Assembly (NCBI GenBank): GCA_026023565.1
Contig: JAPETS010000009.1
Coordinates: forward strand, 248,001-312,000
Source of the DNA: Cirrosporium novae-zelandiae
Lineage: Eukaryota
DNA: 64,000 bases
Direction: 5' to 3'
Part shown: positions 37,115 through 50,461 of the stretch, in pieces
How positions within the stretch are numbered: the first letter of the stretch is position 1
Layout of the letters: the number at the start of each line of letters is the position of its first letter
Program-made: the position numbers and the translations under genes
The notes under the pieces: model-generated
Told to the model about the DNA's origin: nothing
The model's database searches: none
Seen by the model: only the letters and a program-made list of their open reading frames with translations

Positions 37115-38329
37115 TGATAGGCTTACTTACTTACTCACAGCTTCACTACTACTTTACTATTTTGTAATTTTGTAATCATCTGTGTTGGTCTTTAAGACCT
37201 ATGGTTTATGGTTTGTATCTATAACCTAGCCTTTTTTATAAAAAAAACAAAAAAAAAACAAAAAAAAAACAAAACAAAAAACACAAACCAAAAAAGAACA
37301 TAAACTTCCTTTCTATTATAGCCTTTCTATTCCTATTCCTATTGCATCCTACATTCAATTAAATTAAATTAGTTTTTTAAAAATCTTTAAAACTCTTTAC
37401 CCCCCCCTGAACGAGTCCCCCACCTACCTTCCATTCATTCGTTCGTTGGTTTATTCTTAATAAAGATACACTGAGCCTTTTTTTTTTTTTCCTGGAAGAT
37501 AGATGAATGGATGGCTTTAATCTCGGTTTCTAAAAAAGCCTACTTTGAAAGAAAAATTGGATGATATGGAAGGTTTGGTTTTGTGTAAAGGGGTGGAGTT
37601 GTTATTGTTATTGTTGTTGTTGTATAGAATATCGAGGCTTTTATAGAATACCTGCCTGCCTACCTGTTTAGAAGACTGAAATTTAAAGCAGAAATTTATA
37701 GTTCATGTTTATATTTTTGATAAAGTTTTGCCTACATGGGAGATAAAAAAAAACAAAAAATGACGCTTGAGGGAGTTGAGGGTACATCAACCAAGATTGA
37801 ATCGGAATCAAGTGTGTTGTGTTCTTAAAGAGAGAGAGGGGGGGGGGAAAGGAAAATTGAAGGGATAAGTCCCATGTTATGTTCAAACCTAACATTATAA
37901 TGCTGAGAAACTGAACTGGACTTAGGAGAATATATATATGTGCGTACGCGTAGACTCGATAATTATGGGTGGCATGTTGGGTAAACATGGTAGGAAGCTT
38001 GATAATTGGTAAAGCTGGCAAAGAACAAGAGTGTAAATCTTAGAGAGAGTAAAATTACTAGTTATGTTACGTTTTTGTACTCAGTCAGTAATATAGTGGG
38101 CGAATGAAAAATAAAACCTGAGATATTAACTACTTGTTTTGCTGTATAAAAAAAAATAAAAGACTGTATTTCTATAATAGGAGGTGTCAGAGTGAATTAA
38201 ATTAAGAATTTTAAACTTCTTTCCGAGTCCAGAGCTTATTGAGTATTATTGTATCCCGTCATCAGTATCTCCCTCCGTCCCGAGGTCAATTCCACCATTT
38301 TGTTCTTACCTTTATTCAGCAGTAAATTC

Positions 38330-38330
<1 letters not shown>

Positions 38331-38362
<32 letters not shown>
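38331..38362. repeat. (GTT)n microsatellite
   Basis: Read directly; it is the source of the spurious poly-Q ORF. Confidence 0.9.
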
Positions 38363-39729
38363 CGATAGCTCCTCGTCATATGGGATATGGAGTTGGTGGA
38401 TAGAGACGAGAATTCAGGCAAGGAAAGTAGACCAGACCAACGAGACCACCGCACTAGGTGAGAGAGGAGATTGGAATTAACGGGACTTGAAAACAACGGG
38501 GGCTGCTGCCAGTTTGTGAGATGTTTGCTGTTGAAATCTGGGAGCGGGGTGGGGGAGGACCTACCACACAATAGTCTTTTCCAAGATAAAACTCGACCTC
38601 ACTGCTTATACATTACATATACTTTAATATACTTTTTTTTGAGAGTTTATAAGATGGTGCTATACTTCATTTGAAACCAAAAAAAAAAAACACCTACCAC
38701 CTATAGGGTAGCATCTGTTACGATTGAATATCTCTTTTCTGTATTTGACATGAATATTTGAAGAGGATAAATAAAAATGTAGTGTGTCAAGATGAATCAT
38801 GGTGTGAAAGAGTTCTGAGGTTGGGCGTTTATATGGGCAGTTGGGGATAGAAACTAGGGCTTTTAGGAAGCTGCTCGAGGGGAACCATGAGTTGTATAAT
38901 ATCCCTTTTTGTGCCTTAGGTTCTAGAAACCTAGGGAAACTATATATATATATAAGGCTGGAGGTTCAAGATTAGCCCGAAAGGAATAGGGAGGGGCTGA
39001 GCATGAAGCCCTTAGGCACTAGAAATCGCCAACTCTTTCACAAATAGATATTCCAGATATTCCAGATACGCACGCAAGACAGGAACAAAACACAGATTAA
39101 ATAACCAACCTATCCATCCATGCTGAATTTTGTCCCTTGAATATGAGGAAGCTAAAAATGGCCCGTTATGGTCCTCCATTTGAGCCTGGGTCCTGTTTGT
39201 AGTTGTGAATTTCCTAAGGGTAGGAACCGGTCAGCTTTAGATATAAATTTTATATAGAAAACAGTAATCTTATTCTTCCGTACATATGATAGCTCAAAAA
39301 GATGATCAATCCCCCCGATCTCCAGCCAAGAAGCCGGTAGCAATATATACTGCACCTCCAAACCTTACTATACTACCAGATCTAATTCCAACATACAGTA
39401 AGATAAAATTTAATATAGTACTTGAGGAACAGAAAAGAAAAGTGCCACAGCGGAGGCATGGCTAATAGCCGGAAGAACGGAGACAGCAATCCCCGATCTC
39501 CGCAACTCGTAAAAACAATTCTATCAAACCAAGGAAATCTGAGTCTTTTATATATCCAAAGGGAATGGCATGTTATGTACAGTATAATTGCTCAATGGGT
39601 CTTGATGATGGAGCCATGGATGGTGTAATATATACAAGAACAAAGTCAACGGATGGCCTAGTTTTCTTGCCTCGCTCCTCTCCCCCTCCTCCACCCCTCT
39701 CCTATTCGTTTAGCCCACGTCTGTCTCAT

Positions 39730-40572
39730 CTAGTCGCCAAGGACATAATCAACCCGACACCAAAGCGTCACCGCGCCAGCCGTCAAAACCCCCCCAATCC
39801 CTCCCGTAGAACTCGTGGACGGTGTATAAGCATTATCCACATAATCCCCATTACTTGTGATAATGGAACACTGGCTAAAATCCGCCGTACAAATCCTCAT
39901 CCCCTGCACCGTGGCACCCGCATTCACAGCCTGAATATCCGAAACATCCCATCCGGACCACTCAGAATTTTCCCCGTCTCCGAAATCAAATTCTCCCCAC
40001 GTGCTGTCGTAGCCGCCGTAAGAGTCTGTAGGGAGAGAGGTACCCTTGGCGGTTCCCCATGCGCCCTGGCTGTTTTCGTCAAAGGCAACCCAGACTATGT
40101 CGCCATCGGTGAGCGTGAAGCTGACTGCAGAGTGACCATACCAGCCATCCATTAAGCCGTCTGGTCCGATTTTGTTCCAGATGCTGACAAACCATGTATC
40201 ATCGCAGTCGCAGTCAAGCATGAAGCGAACGGTGTATTTGTATTCTGAGGCGACGTCGGCATCGACGATTATGATGTTGGAACCCCAGGGGTTGCCAACG
40301 TTGCCAACATATTCTTCTGAGTTGCCGGCAACTGTGGTTGGGGACGTACGTGCACCGAAGCCGCTGGTTCTGTACGTTGTGGCTGCTACGCCATGGTAGT
40401 TGGCGATTGTAGCATTAGGTGCAGGGGTGGTAGTCGCACCGTCGGCGGTAGAGCGCTTAATAACTTCATGTGGGTATCTATGCAAGTGGTTTGTAGAGGG
40501 GTGGGCAAAGACGGAGGTGGCACCTAGCGCGAGGAGGCTAAGGAGGCCAAACAAAGAGTTGGTGGGCTGCAT
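39730..40572 (-). CDS. Secreted allergen Asp f 4-like protein (280 aa)
   Basis: Signal peptide, KR processing site, GNVGNPWGSN, WNKIGPDG, VAFDENSQG, WGEFDF, SGWDVS; intronless. Confidence 0.88.
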   Translation of the reverse strand: MQPTNSLFGLLSLLALGATSVFAHPSTNHLHRYPHEVIKRSTADGATTTPAPNATIANYHGVAATTYRTSGFGARTSPTTVAGNSEEYVGNVGNPWGSNIIIVDADVASEYKYTVRFMLDCDCDDTWFVSIWNKIGPDGLMDGWYGHSAVSFTLTDGDIVWVAFDENSQGAWGTAKGTSLPTDSYGGYDSTWGEFDFGDGENSEWSGWDVSDIQAVNAGATVQGMRICTADFSQCSIITSNGDYVDNAYTPSTSSTGGIGGVLTAGAVTLWCRVDYVLGD

Positions 40573-41799
40573 GGCGGATGCTCACTTTGGATTGCTATTT
40601 GAAAAATATATTCTTCTGGTCAAGGAGGGGTATATATAGTAAGGAGTGTGCTCTAAAGGAGTGGTTGCAAGTTAAATCTGTTCACACATAAGCAAGTGCA
40701 CCTGGGTAGAGACCGTGGGAGGAAGCTGAAGACGGAAAGGACAACGAAGAGGATATCAGGGCAGACTTAAAAGAAAACGGGAAAGACGAGATTCGGGATT
40801 ATCAATGGGAAGTAGCAGTGAACCTCCGCACTATACAGTCACAATGAATTCATCTCGGCGACATTCGCTACAAATCCCACAACGCGATGGCAGGGCATGG
40901 CTGTGCTAGTTCCTACAATAACCCCCACGAGGCCGTAGGGTTCAAGACGAGAACTTCAACTCATCAAGGATCTTAGGGAACTTGAACGGTATCTAGTAGG
41001 AAGGCGAAGATGGTGAATAAGAATAAAGAGACGCAAAGAGTGGAGAGCTGTACTGTACAAGGTGAAAGAAAAATATCTGTAGTATTATTCTGATATTCAG
41101 GTCAAAATAGCCAACTTGGTATCAGATTGTAGTTTCAGCAAATGTATTTAGAGCGGAAGGCACGAGGTGGTACCTGCACGAGCATTGGAGTGAATGGTTA
41201 AACCATATCTTTAACCATCTTCCATCGATCCAGCCTTGCCAAGGTTGAATGTAACCATCTAGGATTGGAAAGATGGATGCAATTTTTCCTCATCCGTCAT
41301 CTATCTTCGACCCTAAATTTCGGAAGGATTCAGTGGTGTGATTTGGTAGGATAAGGTAAAGTATTCGAGCTAAAAGATGATTTTATTGTCAAATTTTTAT
41401 TTACATATCAATCGAAGTGCCAATAATTGTTTGTGATGAGCTTGTTTTGTTATTGCATTGAATCCTTCGCTCTCATTGATTTTTTTTTTGAGACTCATTT
41501 TGGTCGTCGATAATTGGCTGACATTGGTTGTTCCCTCGATGAGGTTCACGGGGTAACCAGACTGCAGAGCTGAAGTTATGGGGTCCATAAAGAAGGTCAA
41601 TGAATCTTATCTCTAGGAATTTAAGTTAGGTGAGCAACACACTCCCCTATAATTTAATAGTAACTTTGAAGAGTTATAATATTTTCCCACAACAACATTC
41701 AATGGTGTTTTGAAACCAAACTCGTGGTAAAATTCCGTAACATTCACTTCCCGTAGCAGCGGAATAATTCCTCGTTAGCGGCCACAAAACGCAATCTCG

Positions 41800-43580
41800 A
41801 AGGTCAGATCTAGTTACGCGTTCGCGCCATATCTAACTTGGCATAAGGAGTTCTTCCATCTTCGCCCAAGGCACCAACCTCAATACTATGCTCAAGAAGG
41901 ATGCGCACAATTTCTTCGGTTTCACCTTGAGCCGTGTACCAGAGGCGACCTATTGTATGCACCTCGTGCTATCCATTTTTCTACTCCCTGATGCGCTAAC
42001 AATAGGTTGAATATCGTGGCCTAATCTCTTTCGGCTGCGCCATGAACGGGTCTGATATAGAGGACCATCTAGTAGGGTTACTTTTGCACTGTACTGGAAG
42101 TGGTGAGCTATAGATGGCCTCAGCTCTTATGAAATATGCGTACGCTAAGGTAGTTGGACCTCTTTGTTCTGGCTGAAATATCAGTGTTATCCTTCGATAG
42201 CAGCATTGTCAAGATTTCTCGATAATCGTCTCCTACATCCTAGATTAGTGTCGTGGCCCCTAGTACATGCAGTATATTCAGTTTCACGTCATGTCGGTCT
42301 AGTAACATTCTGATTACATTCTCGTTTCAATACACGCATGAAGTAAGTAGGAATCTGTACTTAGCCATGTTTGTCTTGGGGATTGACATTGGATACTCCT
42401 CAGGAGAAAGCAGACATCATGAGATGATCTGGAGCATGTGTTATCACACAATTCATCTTGGGAAGATCCCGAATGATACCCCTATGATCATTTCCTGCGG
42501 CATAGGAAAGAGCATCATCCCCCACTCTTAATATTAAGTCAGGCATACAGTCATCCAGAGCCAACATGATTTGAACAATTTGCAACCTTTTCTTCCAAAC
42601 AGCCAGCACGTCCGGCTCTTAGAAAGCACACACAACTCAATATCTTTGTGGTTTTTAGCGGCGAGGTAAAGAGGCGTTTCGCTATGAATTCCTGTGCTCA
42701 AAGTGCTGGCACATTTCTCTACTGGAGTATTGGCTATCACAAACTTGTTGCTTTCACTGAGTAAAGGTAGAGCAACCTTGCTTTCTTTGGACCGTTTGTC
42801 AATTTCAGTATTATTCTCGACAAGGATATCAACTGTTGGAAAACTTTTGATGCGATATGCAAAGGAGAACGACCATCATCAATGGTTCCATGAATTTCCA
42901 TACCGTCATCAGTCAAAAACTGTGTTTGTTCGTTCCCTTGCTGTGCATTTGCAGAATGAAGCAAGGTCCAAAGAAGAGTCAAGCTTTACTTCGTAATTTT
43001 AACATTATTTTCGAGCATGAGTTGGAGGACGGGAAGGCCTTGTCCTCCATTGCCAAATGTAAAGCGCTTCCGTATATTGGACTGTCAACATATGCACATG
43101 CACCTAGCTCTTGCAATGTATAGACGGCCGTCTCAACTCCACTCCAAGCTGTAATCTGTATTAGGATGCAGCATCTGTAGTCGGTTCGTAGATACATCCG
43201 CGCCATGTTCCAGAAGAGCCGAACACACGTTGGAACATCCATATTTGCTCTATCATAAAGCAAAGTGCTGCCATCGTTGGTAAACGCATGAATGCTCGCC
43301 GTTCTTTCAAAAAGTATGCTGAGAATTCTCCTAGACTTATGCAGACTCTTTGCCAAGGAGAATAGAGTGTCCAGCTGAATACTTGACTCCAAAAGAAGCT
43401 GCCCAGCTTCCACGATGGAAGGTATCAAAATTCTCTCCGTGAATTGTGCTCTAGGTGTAGAAGCTTCCAAGAGCTGTAGGCCCGAGATGATGGCATCTCG
43501 GGTTCCTATTGCGGAGACCAGTTCAACATCGGAATGAGATGTTGGAGTGTCGGAGTGCTGGGGTATAAGCCCTAACACAG
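41800..43580 (-). pseudogene. Heavily degraded ankyrin-repeat gene
   Basis: Fragments in different frames: GSTLLY, GSALHLA, GRSPLHIAS, ETPLYLAAKN. Many stops and frameshifts. Confidence 0.65.
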
Positions 43581-44692
43581 CTCACCACCTAAAACATTAT
43601 CACAAAATAGATTCCCTAGAAGAGATAAATTAATCAACTAAATAATGCAATCCCCTTAAGAACACCTACCTCATCCTAACTCTACCACTCACTCTATGCA
43701 ACTCGCTATATCCAACTAATAAATAACTGCCTACCACCTGCCTACCCAAGTACTTTCGAATGTAAGTAAGCAAACGATAGATAAACTCAACATTAAGTTC
43801 AATCCACTGCAAATTCAAATTGATTAATGACTTTTAGCATGTGGAGCAAGCAGCAGTCAATGCATGGGGGTTGGTTGGTGGTTGTCCTCGGCCCCGCATC
43901 TTGGCTTCTTCTTCTTGGCACCGTGTGCGTGTGGGGGATGATATAATTATTGAAGAGCCACGAGAGCTTGGTTGGACTACACAGTACACCGTTACTCGAG
44001 TACTCACCACCAACTATAACGTATTTAGATCCATTATTATTGTGAACTTTGCATTAGACTATGTATTATGGAGTGTGAGTTTTAGATAGAGTAATTTCGA
44101 TTTTTGTTGTACATAATATCTTAGGAGGTCCACTTAGTAGTAGTAGGCCGAACGCACACCGCATATGCTCCGCATGTGCGCCTCAGGCAACCCGACTATG
44201 GCTGGGGCTGGCTTATTGATACGTTAGTAAGCCCGCACTGCAAAAGGGACACCTGTGCATAGTAGTCTCTTAAGGAAATACAACTACTTGTATACGCACC
44301 CCTATTTCCCCGATTAATCGAATTTATTTATCACAATTTTTCTATTTTTTATTTTTATTTTCAAGATGATGTGGAATAATGGAAATATTTGTTGATGGAT
44401 TTATTTTTTTATGTTTATCAAAGGTTTCTAGTTTCTACAAGTAGGTTAGATGTTGTAATGAGCTAATGTAATGTACGTAGTACTGTACCTAGGTGGCATG
44501 TGGGTGGGAACCAGTATTAAGGTTGGGTCAATATTAATAGATAAGCGATGAGGAGTAAGAGAAGGGATGGAGGATGGACAATGCAGCATGCAGCATGCAA
44601 TTGTTCCAACCATCCAACTAATTCAAAACACCACAGTAACCCCCTTCCCCGCACTTCCCCCCGCAATCATCAATCACTCCCCCCCCCCCCCT

Positions 44693-46629
44693 TTACGCAG
44701 CTGCCCTCCCCTTCAAATTCTTATTCCTAATAAGCAACGCGGACATCATAATAACACCCGCAATTGGCACCGCAGCAATATAAATATTATTCAAGCTCTT
44801 TAAATACGCCTTGACCACGTTCTTCCGCATTTCACCCTTCAGCTTCCAGATCGCATCAACCGAGCCCTTGACCGCTTGTGCTGGCGCATTTGGCGCGTAA
44901 CGAGGAAGATAGATGTCTAGAGAATTACTCAAGATTGCGGATGCGATGGTGGGACCTAGCATTCCACCAAAGAGCTGGGCGAAAGAAACGATGGCGATGG
45001 AGATTGGGATTGCTTCGGGTTCGTTGTCGACTTGAACAGACAGAAATGCGACATTCTGTGTGAAGCCGATTCCCATGCCGTAGATGATTTGGTAGCCGAT
45101 GAGGCGGGCGCTGGAGGTGTTTGCGTCGACGGTATAGAGAAGCCCACCACCCAATGCGAGGAATATTGGGGACGTGTAGCCCCAGTGAAAGTAGTTTCCG
45201 GTCCAACTCATGATGAAGCCTTCGATAATTTGAGAAACTACTACGGTGAGGAGAAAAGCGATTATTTGGAGACCAGCATTTAGAGAGGAGACGCCGCGGG
45301 CGGCTTCGTAGAGGACAGGGAGGTCAACGGCCACGAATAGGTTACACATTAAGGTGAAGAGGGCGAGACTGGAGGCGCCGACTACGGTGCGGTTTTTGAA
45401 GGTACCCGGGGGCATGATGGGCCAGATGGCATTGAATTCCCAGAGGACGAATGCTGTCATTATGGCTCCAAAGCCGACGAAAAGGCCAATGACGGTGGCG
45501 GAGTTCCAGGGGTATGTTGAGCCTCCCCATTGAATGGCTAGTAGGAGGCATATAAGACTACAGGTCACGATGAAAAAGCCTGGAAAGTCGATAAGTGCGG
45601 TGCGACCCATCCATCCGTCTGTTTGGTATTTCCACTTTCCTCGCGTGACTTTTTGGAACCGTTCATCAACCCATGTTTGAGTGGATTCAACGAGAGGAAA
45701 AGGGGGGAGAGAAGGTAGAGTCCACAGATTAACAAGTGTGGTGATTACTCCAATGGGCAGGACGATCAGGAAACACCAGCGCCAACTGACATTGTCTGCA
45801 AAAACACCAGCCAGGATAGGACCCACTGTGCTTGAGACGGCATTCTGTAGACCGAAGAGACCAAGGATAATTGGTCGATTCTTCAACTCTACAAGCATGG
45901 CCACAAGAGTCTGGACAGAAACCCAGCAGCCAGCAGCTCCGATACCCGTGAATGCCCGCCCAAGGATTAAGGTTTCAATATTATGAGCTGCCCCAGATAG
46001 CAGAGACCCAAACATGAAAAATCCAATGGCTACAATAAGGACATATTTGGAATTGAACAAAGCAAGATATTGCCCAAAGAGAAGCATGCAGGGGCACTGC
46101 GTCATATAGTATGCAGATGCAACCCACCCAAGTCGATCTAGAGCATTAAACTGAGATGCTACGATCGGTAGGGCTGGAGCGAGCATGTTGCCTCCCATGC
46201 CAGTGGTGAATTCGCTTAGAATCCAACCGCAAAACGCAAAAATAAGCTTGCGGCCATGCAAATACTCGCGCTCTTGATGCTCATAATGCATACCCTTTCG
46301 AGGGCCTCCAAAGTCCACATCCTCGATGTGCTCCGCTGTCTCATGTGGTAGTCTCACGTCAAGATTGCCAGTAGCAATGTCGATGTGAGAATATTCAGCC
46401 GATCCTGGTTTAATGTTAGTTAGGTTTCGAAGCTGAATCAGGAGTGCAATTTGCAGCTCGTACCTTTCTTGTCAATGCTTGATCTTGGACGAACATTCTC
46501 GTGACTTGTTTCGTTATGCTCCTCATCACTCGAATCACGACGGTGAAAAGTGTGACGATGTTCAAGCTCCGCAGGAGTCGGAGCATGTGGGGCGGCTCCC
46601 TCAGGGCTGAGGTGAATTTGATGTTCCAT
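44693..46629 (-). CDS. MFS DHA2 (14-TM) efflux/transport protein
   Basis: Exon 1 MEHQ...DKK, one intron near 46405-46463, then in frame with the 554-aa ORF. Motifs APALPIVASQF, WVASAY, GRAFTGIG, GPILAG, WRWCF, WGGSTYPWNS. Confidence 0.93.
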
Positions 46630-47199
46630 AGTAGTGGAAGTCTAACAAAGGATGCTCAAGTAGTGTTGTAAGTGGTTGATACAAATTTTCAACTTCACCT
46701 GTAGAACTGAATGCTTTTCAAAATTCGAGGACATCCATTATAAATATGGCCTCTCGCAACAGCCTCCCGAAGAGGGGGGATGAAGGAGGGGGGACGAGGT
46801 GGGGAGGCATTTTTTGATCCTCAGAACTTGCAACTGAAGTTGGAGAAAGAAATGCTGTCATCCTTCAATTCGATCAGTATTAGTAGAGATATAGTCGGTT
46901 CGTGGTCCACATCTAAGACCTTGTTGTTGTGTTTTCTGTATAGGTAGGAGAAAAGCCATATCACGACCCCAGGTTTTCCTAAAGCTTTGGACGTTTCCCC
47001 ACATTCCATTGAGTATCTACCATCATATGCATCATTTTAAGGCTGTATTTGATTGGGTATAAAAGTGATAATCCGGCCAGAGCTGTCTGTGTAAGTTGGC
47101 GAGGGTTTAGTGTTGCATCTTCTCCTCAATTCATGTTAGAGGGTTCAGGATCCGACGCAACTGCCATGACCCCATTTGGTTAGATCGTCAATACATCCA

Positions 47200-47250
47200 C
47201 ATTCGGGAATCGGATCATCGACGGAAGCCCCAGCCTTCGTGGATATAAAA
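47200..47250 (+). promoter_or_regulatory. CGG triplet cluster (including CGG-N8-CGG) and TATA in the MFS/SnoaL divergent promoter
   Basis: CGG at 47204, 47211 and 47222, followed by TATAAAA near 47244. This is a Zn2Cys6-type site pattern; function is inferred only. Confidence 0.3.
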
Positions 47251-47367
47251 GACTAACAGGATTTTGTCTATTGAAATTCCATCATCGTCTTCATTACCTC
47301 CAGATCTTTTCTCAAGAGATAAGCACCTCGGCTGAAAATAGTTAAACTATCTTATTCGATCCCCAAG

Positions 47368-48069
47368 ATGACAATCAAAAATATTGACCTCCAGGCACTT
47401 CTTCGCCGTATTCAACACCTCGAAGACATTCATGCTATCAACAATCTCATGGGCCGTCGTGCCTATCTTCACTCTGCTGGTCGTCACGATCGCGAGATTA
47501 ACGAACTCTGGAGTCATGGTGAGGACGTAGTGTTCGAAGCCGAAGACATGGGAGCATGGACGAACCTGTCGACCATCAAGAGGTCATATGTCAACGGAAA
47601 CCCGTTTCCAAATACGACAAAGGGCCTCATGATTGAGCACACGCTTACCACTCCCGTGATTGAAGTGGCAGAAGACGGCCAAACAGCAAAAGGTGTCTGG
47701 ATCTCTCCGGGGCACGAAACCTTCCCCATTAGCGAGGATAACACCCCAGAGGCCTTCTGGTCCTGGGGACGCTATGCTGTAGACTTCCGCAAGGAGAGTG
47801 GGGCGTGGAAGATTTGGCGTCTGCATGTTCTAACGACATTCCGGACACCATATGGTCAGGATTGGGTGGCTTCGTCACTTCATCGACCAGAGCATCTTCC
47901 GAAGGAAGGAGAGCCGATGGAGTCAATTGGAGGCCCCGACAGACCAGTTTCTTTTAACCAGCCTTATCACCCAGACAATACACCAAAGTATCAGCCCGTC
48001 CCTCCAGATCCGTACAAGACATGGGCGGATACCTTTCCTTATGCCGAGCTCCATCAGGATCCCAGATAG
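47368..48069 (+). CDS. SnoaL-like (SnoaL_4, NTF2 fold) protein, intronless
   Basis: RRIQHLEDIHAINNLMGR, EHTLTTPVIEVAEDGQTAKGVWISPGHET, WGRYAVDFRKESGAWKIWRLH. Confidence 0.9.
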   Translation: MTIKNIDLQALLRRIQHLEDIHAINNLMGRRAYLHSAGRHDREINELWSHGEDVVFEAEDMGAWTNLSTIKRSYVNGNPFPNTTKGLMIEHTLTTPVIEVAEDGQTAKGVWISPGHETFPISEDNTPEAFWSWGRYAVDFRKESGAWKIWRLHVLTTFRTPYGQDWVASSLHRPEHLPKEGEPMESIGGPDRPVSFNQPYHPDNTPKYQPVPPDPYKTWADTFPYAELHQDPR

Positions 48070-48449
48070 TCGGTGGAATAGACGGTTCACCAGTTGGTCG
48101 GCTCAACCATGATGAAGAAAGTGGGATGAAGATCTGGTAAATTTGCAAACAGAGGATGAATGTAGCAATATTGAAATTGAAATTATTGATCGAAGCCTGG
48201 TGATCTTCTTAACAAGTAGATATTTTTCTTAAAGAGAGAGAGTAGCTTCAGAATACAAATTTGTCTCTAGAATTGTACACAATGAACTTCTGTTATTTGT
48301 GAAAAAAATATTTTTAATGACATAGTAATTAGGAAATAGGTATAGCAAATCGTGTATCAAAATGGCCTACAAAGTTTTCTTACTTCATTTGGTCCATGCA
48401 CCCCTGTCGGGTGCCACAGGGCCCTTCTCTTAAGCTCTAACACCGACCC

Positions 48450-50461
48450 TTATATTTTGGTTCTGATAACCCTTTCCGACAGTAGATCTTCCTTGATTAT
48501 ATCCGCTGCCTTTTCAGAAACAGCATATACGCTTGACTGGATATTTCCCCTTGGGATCAATGGGAAAATACTAGCATCAACAATTCTCAAATTGTGGGTC
48601 CCATAGACCTTGAGACGATTATCAACAACGCCTCCGAGATCCTTTGGCATCATGGCACATGTGCCGACTACGTGATAATGAGGTACAATCCGCTCCTTTG
48701 CTAATTGCTTAGCTGCTTCCAAATCGTTTTCAACACTATTGCCATGAATACGTCTACCGTCCTTCTTAAACAGAGAAGCCATCGGTTCGGTTTTTGCAAG
48801 GGTCTCCAGCCACTGTACATGTCGAGCATGGAGCTCAAGGTCAAGAGGGTGAGTAAAGAACCCGACGTCCAAGTCTGGTTGGTTGGCTGGATCAGCCGAG
48901 TTTATATGAACCGAGCCGCGAGAGAAAGGATAGTTAAGGACCGCAACGATAGATATGTAACTTCCCGAGGTGGTTGGCGCAAAGATGGTCTTTGGACTGG
49001 GACCATTTTGAGGATTCAATTGAAATGGTGCTAGCCATAATAAGCCTACCTAATCATTTCTTACAATTTTGAAGCAACTCACCTAGAGTATATTGGCCAC
49101 TAGCATCGTTCGCATTTCGAAAGATTTCACGAATGAGCTCATATTGTTTTTCCTGACCAGGAAAGTCCTTGAATTTGTTGCTATCCAGATATTGGTCGAT
49201 TAACTTGTCAATGGTGCTGCTACCACTCTCGCTGGCAAATTCAGCCACTGGCATGTAGGATGAAGAGAGACTACATATGCCCAGTGGTCCCAATCCCGAT
49301 TGTTGATAGGCCGCCATAGCAGCTCCAGCCACCTCAGGGTTTCTCATAATATCCCCTGATGTTTTTTCATCAGCAACCTCCCAGCTGTGAGGTACAAATC
49401 CATGTTCTTGCAAGTTCTCGCCAACAAGCCGATTATTGATAAGAACTTCAATCCTATGCGAATTTAATAACTCTGCATCACCAATGCCCGACAACTCCAA
49501 GAGTTGCGGCGTTTTAACCGCTCCTGCGGCAAGAATCACCTCTATCTTCGCATGAACGTTTTGTTGTTGGCCATCCTTGGTTACAATCTCAACGCCGACA
49601 GCTGCAAAGTTCTCTGCATCTACCTTCTCTAACATGATCCTTTCTACCAACGCTTCAGTTATCACATGTAGATTCGGGCGCTTCCGGACCTCAGCATTGT
49701 AGTAAGCATTGCCAGCGTGACTCCGCGTGTTTGTCTTCGGATCTATTGTCCCAGGATTGCTAAAAGCACCTTTGGAAACACCAGACAGTGGGTCACCTGT
49801 AAGTTCATATCCTAGCTGTCGGAAAGTCTCGGGCCAGGCGTCATTATAAGGGGTGTACCAATCCTGCCCCCAGGAAGCTTGAATAGGCCCGCTGGTACCC
49901 TGTATGTTTTTGTCCAAGTATTCTAATCCTAAGCGGTCACGAATTTTGGCTGATGGGGGATTGAAAGTATGGAACTTTCGAAAGTAAGGGACCATGTCTT
50001 CCCAACCCCAACCAGGGTTACCCAATTTTTCCCAAGCATTGTATCCCGCTCGCGACGGATAGATCATCATACCCAGATTGATAGCTGTTGAGCCTCCAAG
50101 CAAACGGCCCTTTGGTTCCGCAACTTGACGTCCGTCCAACCCTTTCTAGTCAGGTAGATAACACATCAGCGACAGAACATTCTAACGGATAGGCAAAGGT
50201 TTAGACCTGGGGTATGCTCATGTGGCACCAGTCATAATCCGGATCGAAGTATGTAGTTGCACAGAGTCCTGGTGTGATGACTCGCGGATCATCGAGGCGA
50301 TTAGCCCCAGCCTCGACAACGAGAACATTAAGGCTTGGATCTTCAGTTAAACGGGAGGCCACCACGAGGCCTGATGTTCCACCGCCAACGATAATGATGT
50401 CAAAAGTTTTAGAACTCAAGGAAGCCATAGAGATACTATCTGCGAAGCTATCAGCTGCCAT
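48450..50461 (-). CDS. GMC oxidoreductase (AA3_2-like), 3 exons, no signal peptide
   Basis: FAD motif IIVGGGTSG, GRLLGGSTAIN, EVILAAGAVKTPQLLELSGIG, VGENLQEH, SRGSVHI, HVVGTCAM, LRIVDAS, GNIQ. Confidence 0.95.

Noticed and set aside
38236..38571. Poly-Q ORF (111 aa)
   Set aside because: Produced by a (GTT)n microsatellite in low-complexity DNA; no other coding signal.
44878..45986. Short antisense or overlapping ORFs within the MFS and other real genes
   Set aside because: Shadow ORFs of coding sequence with no independent features.
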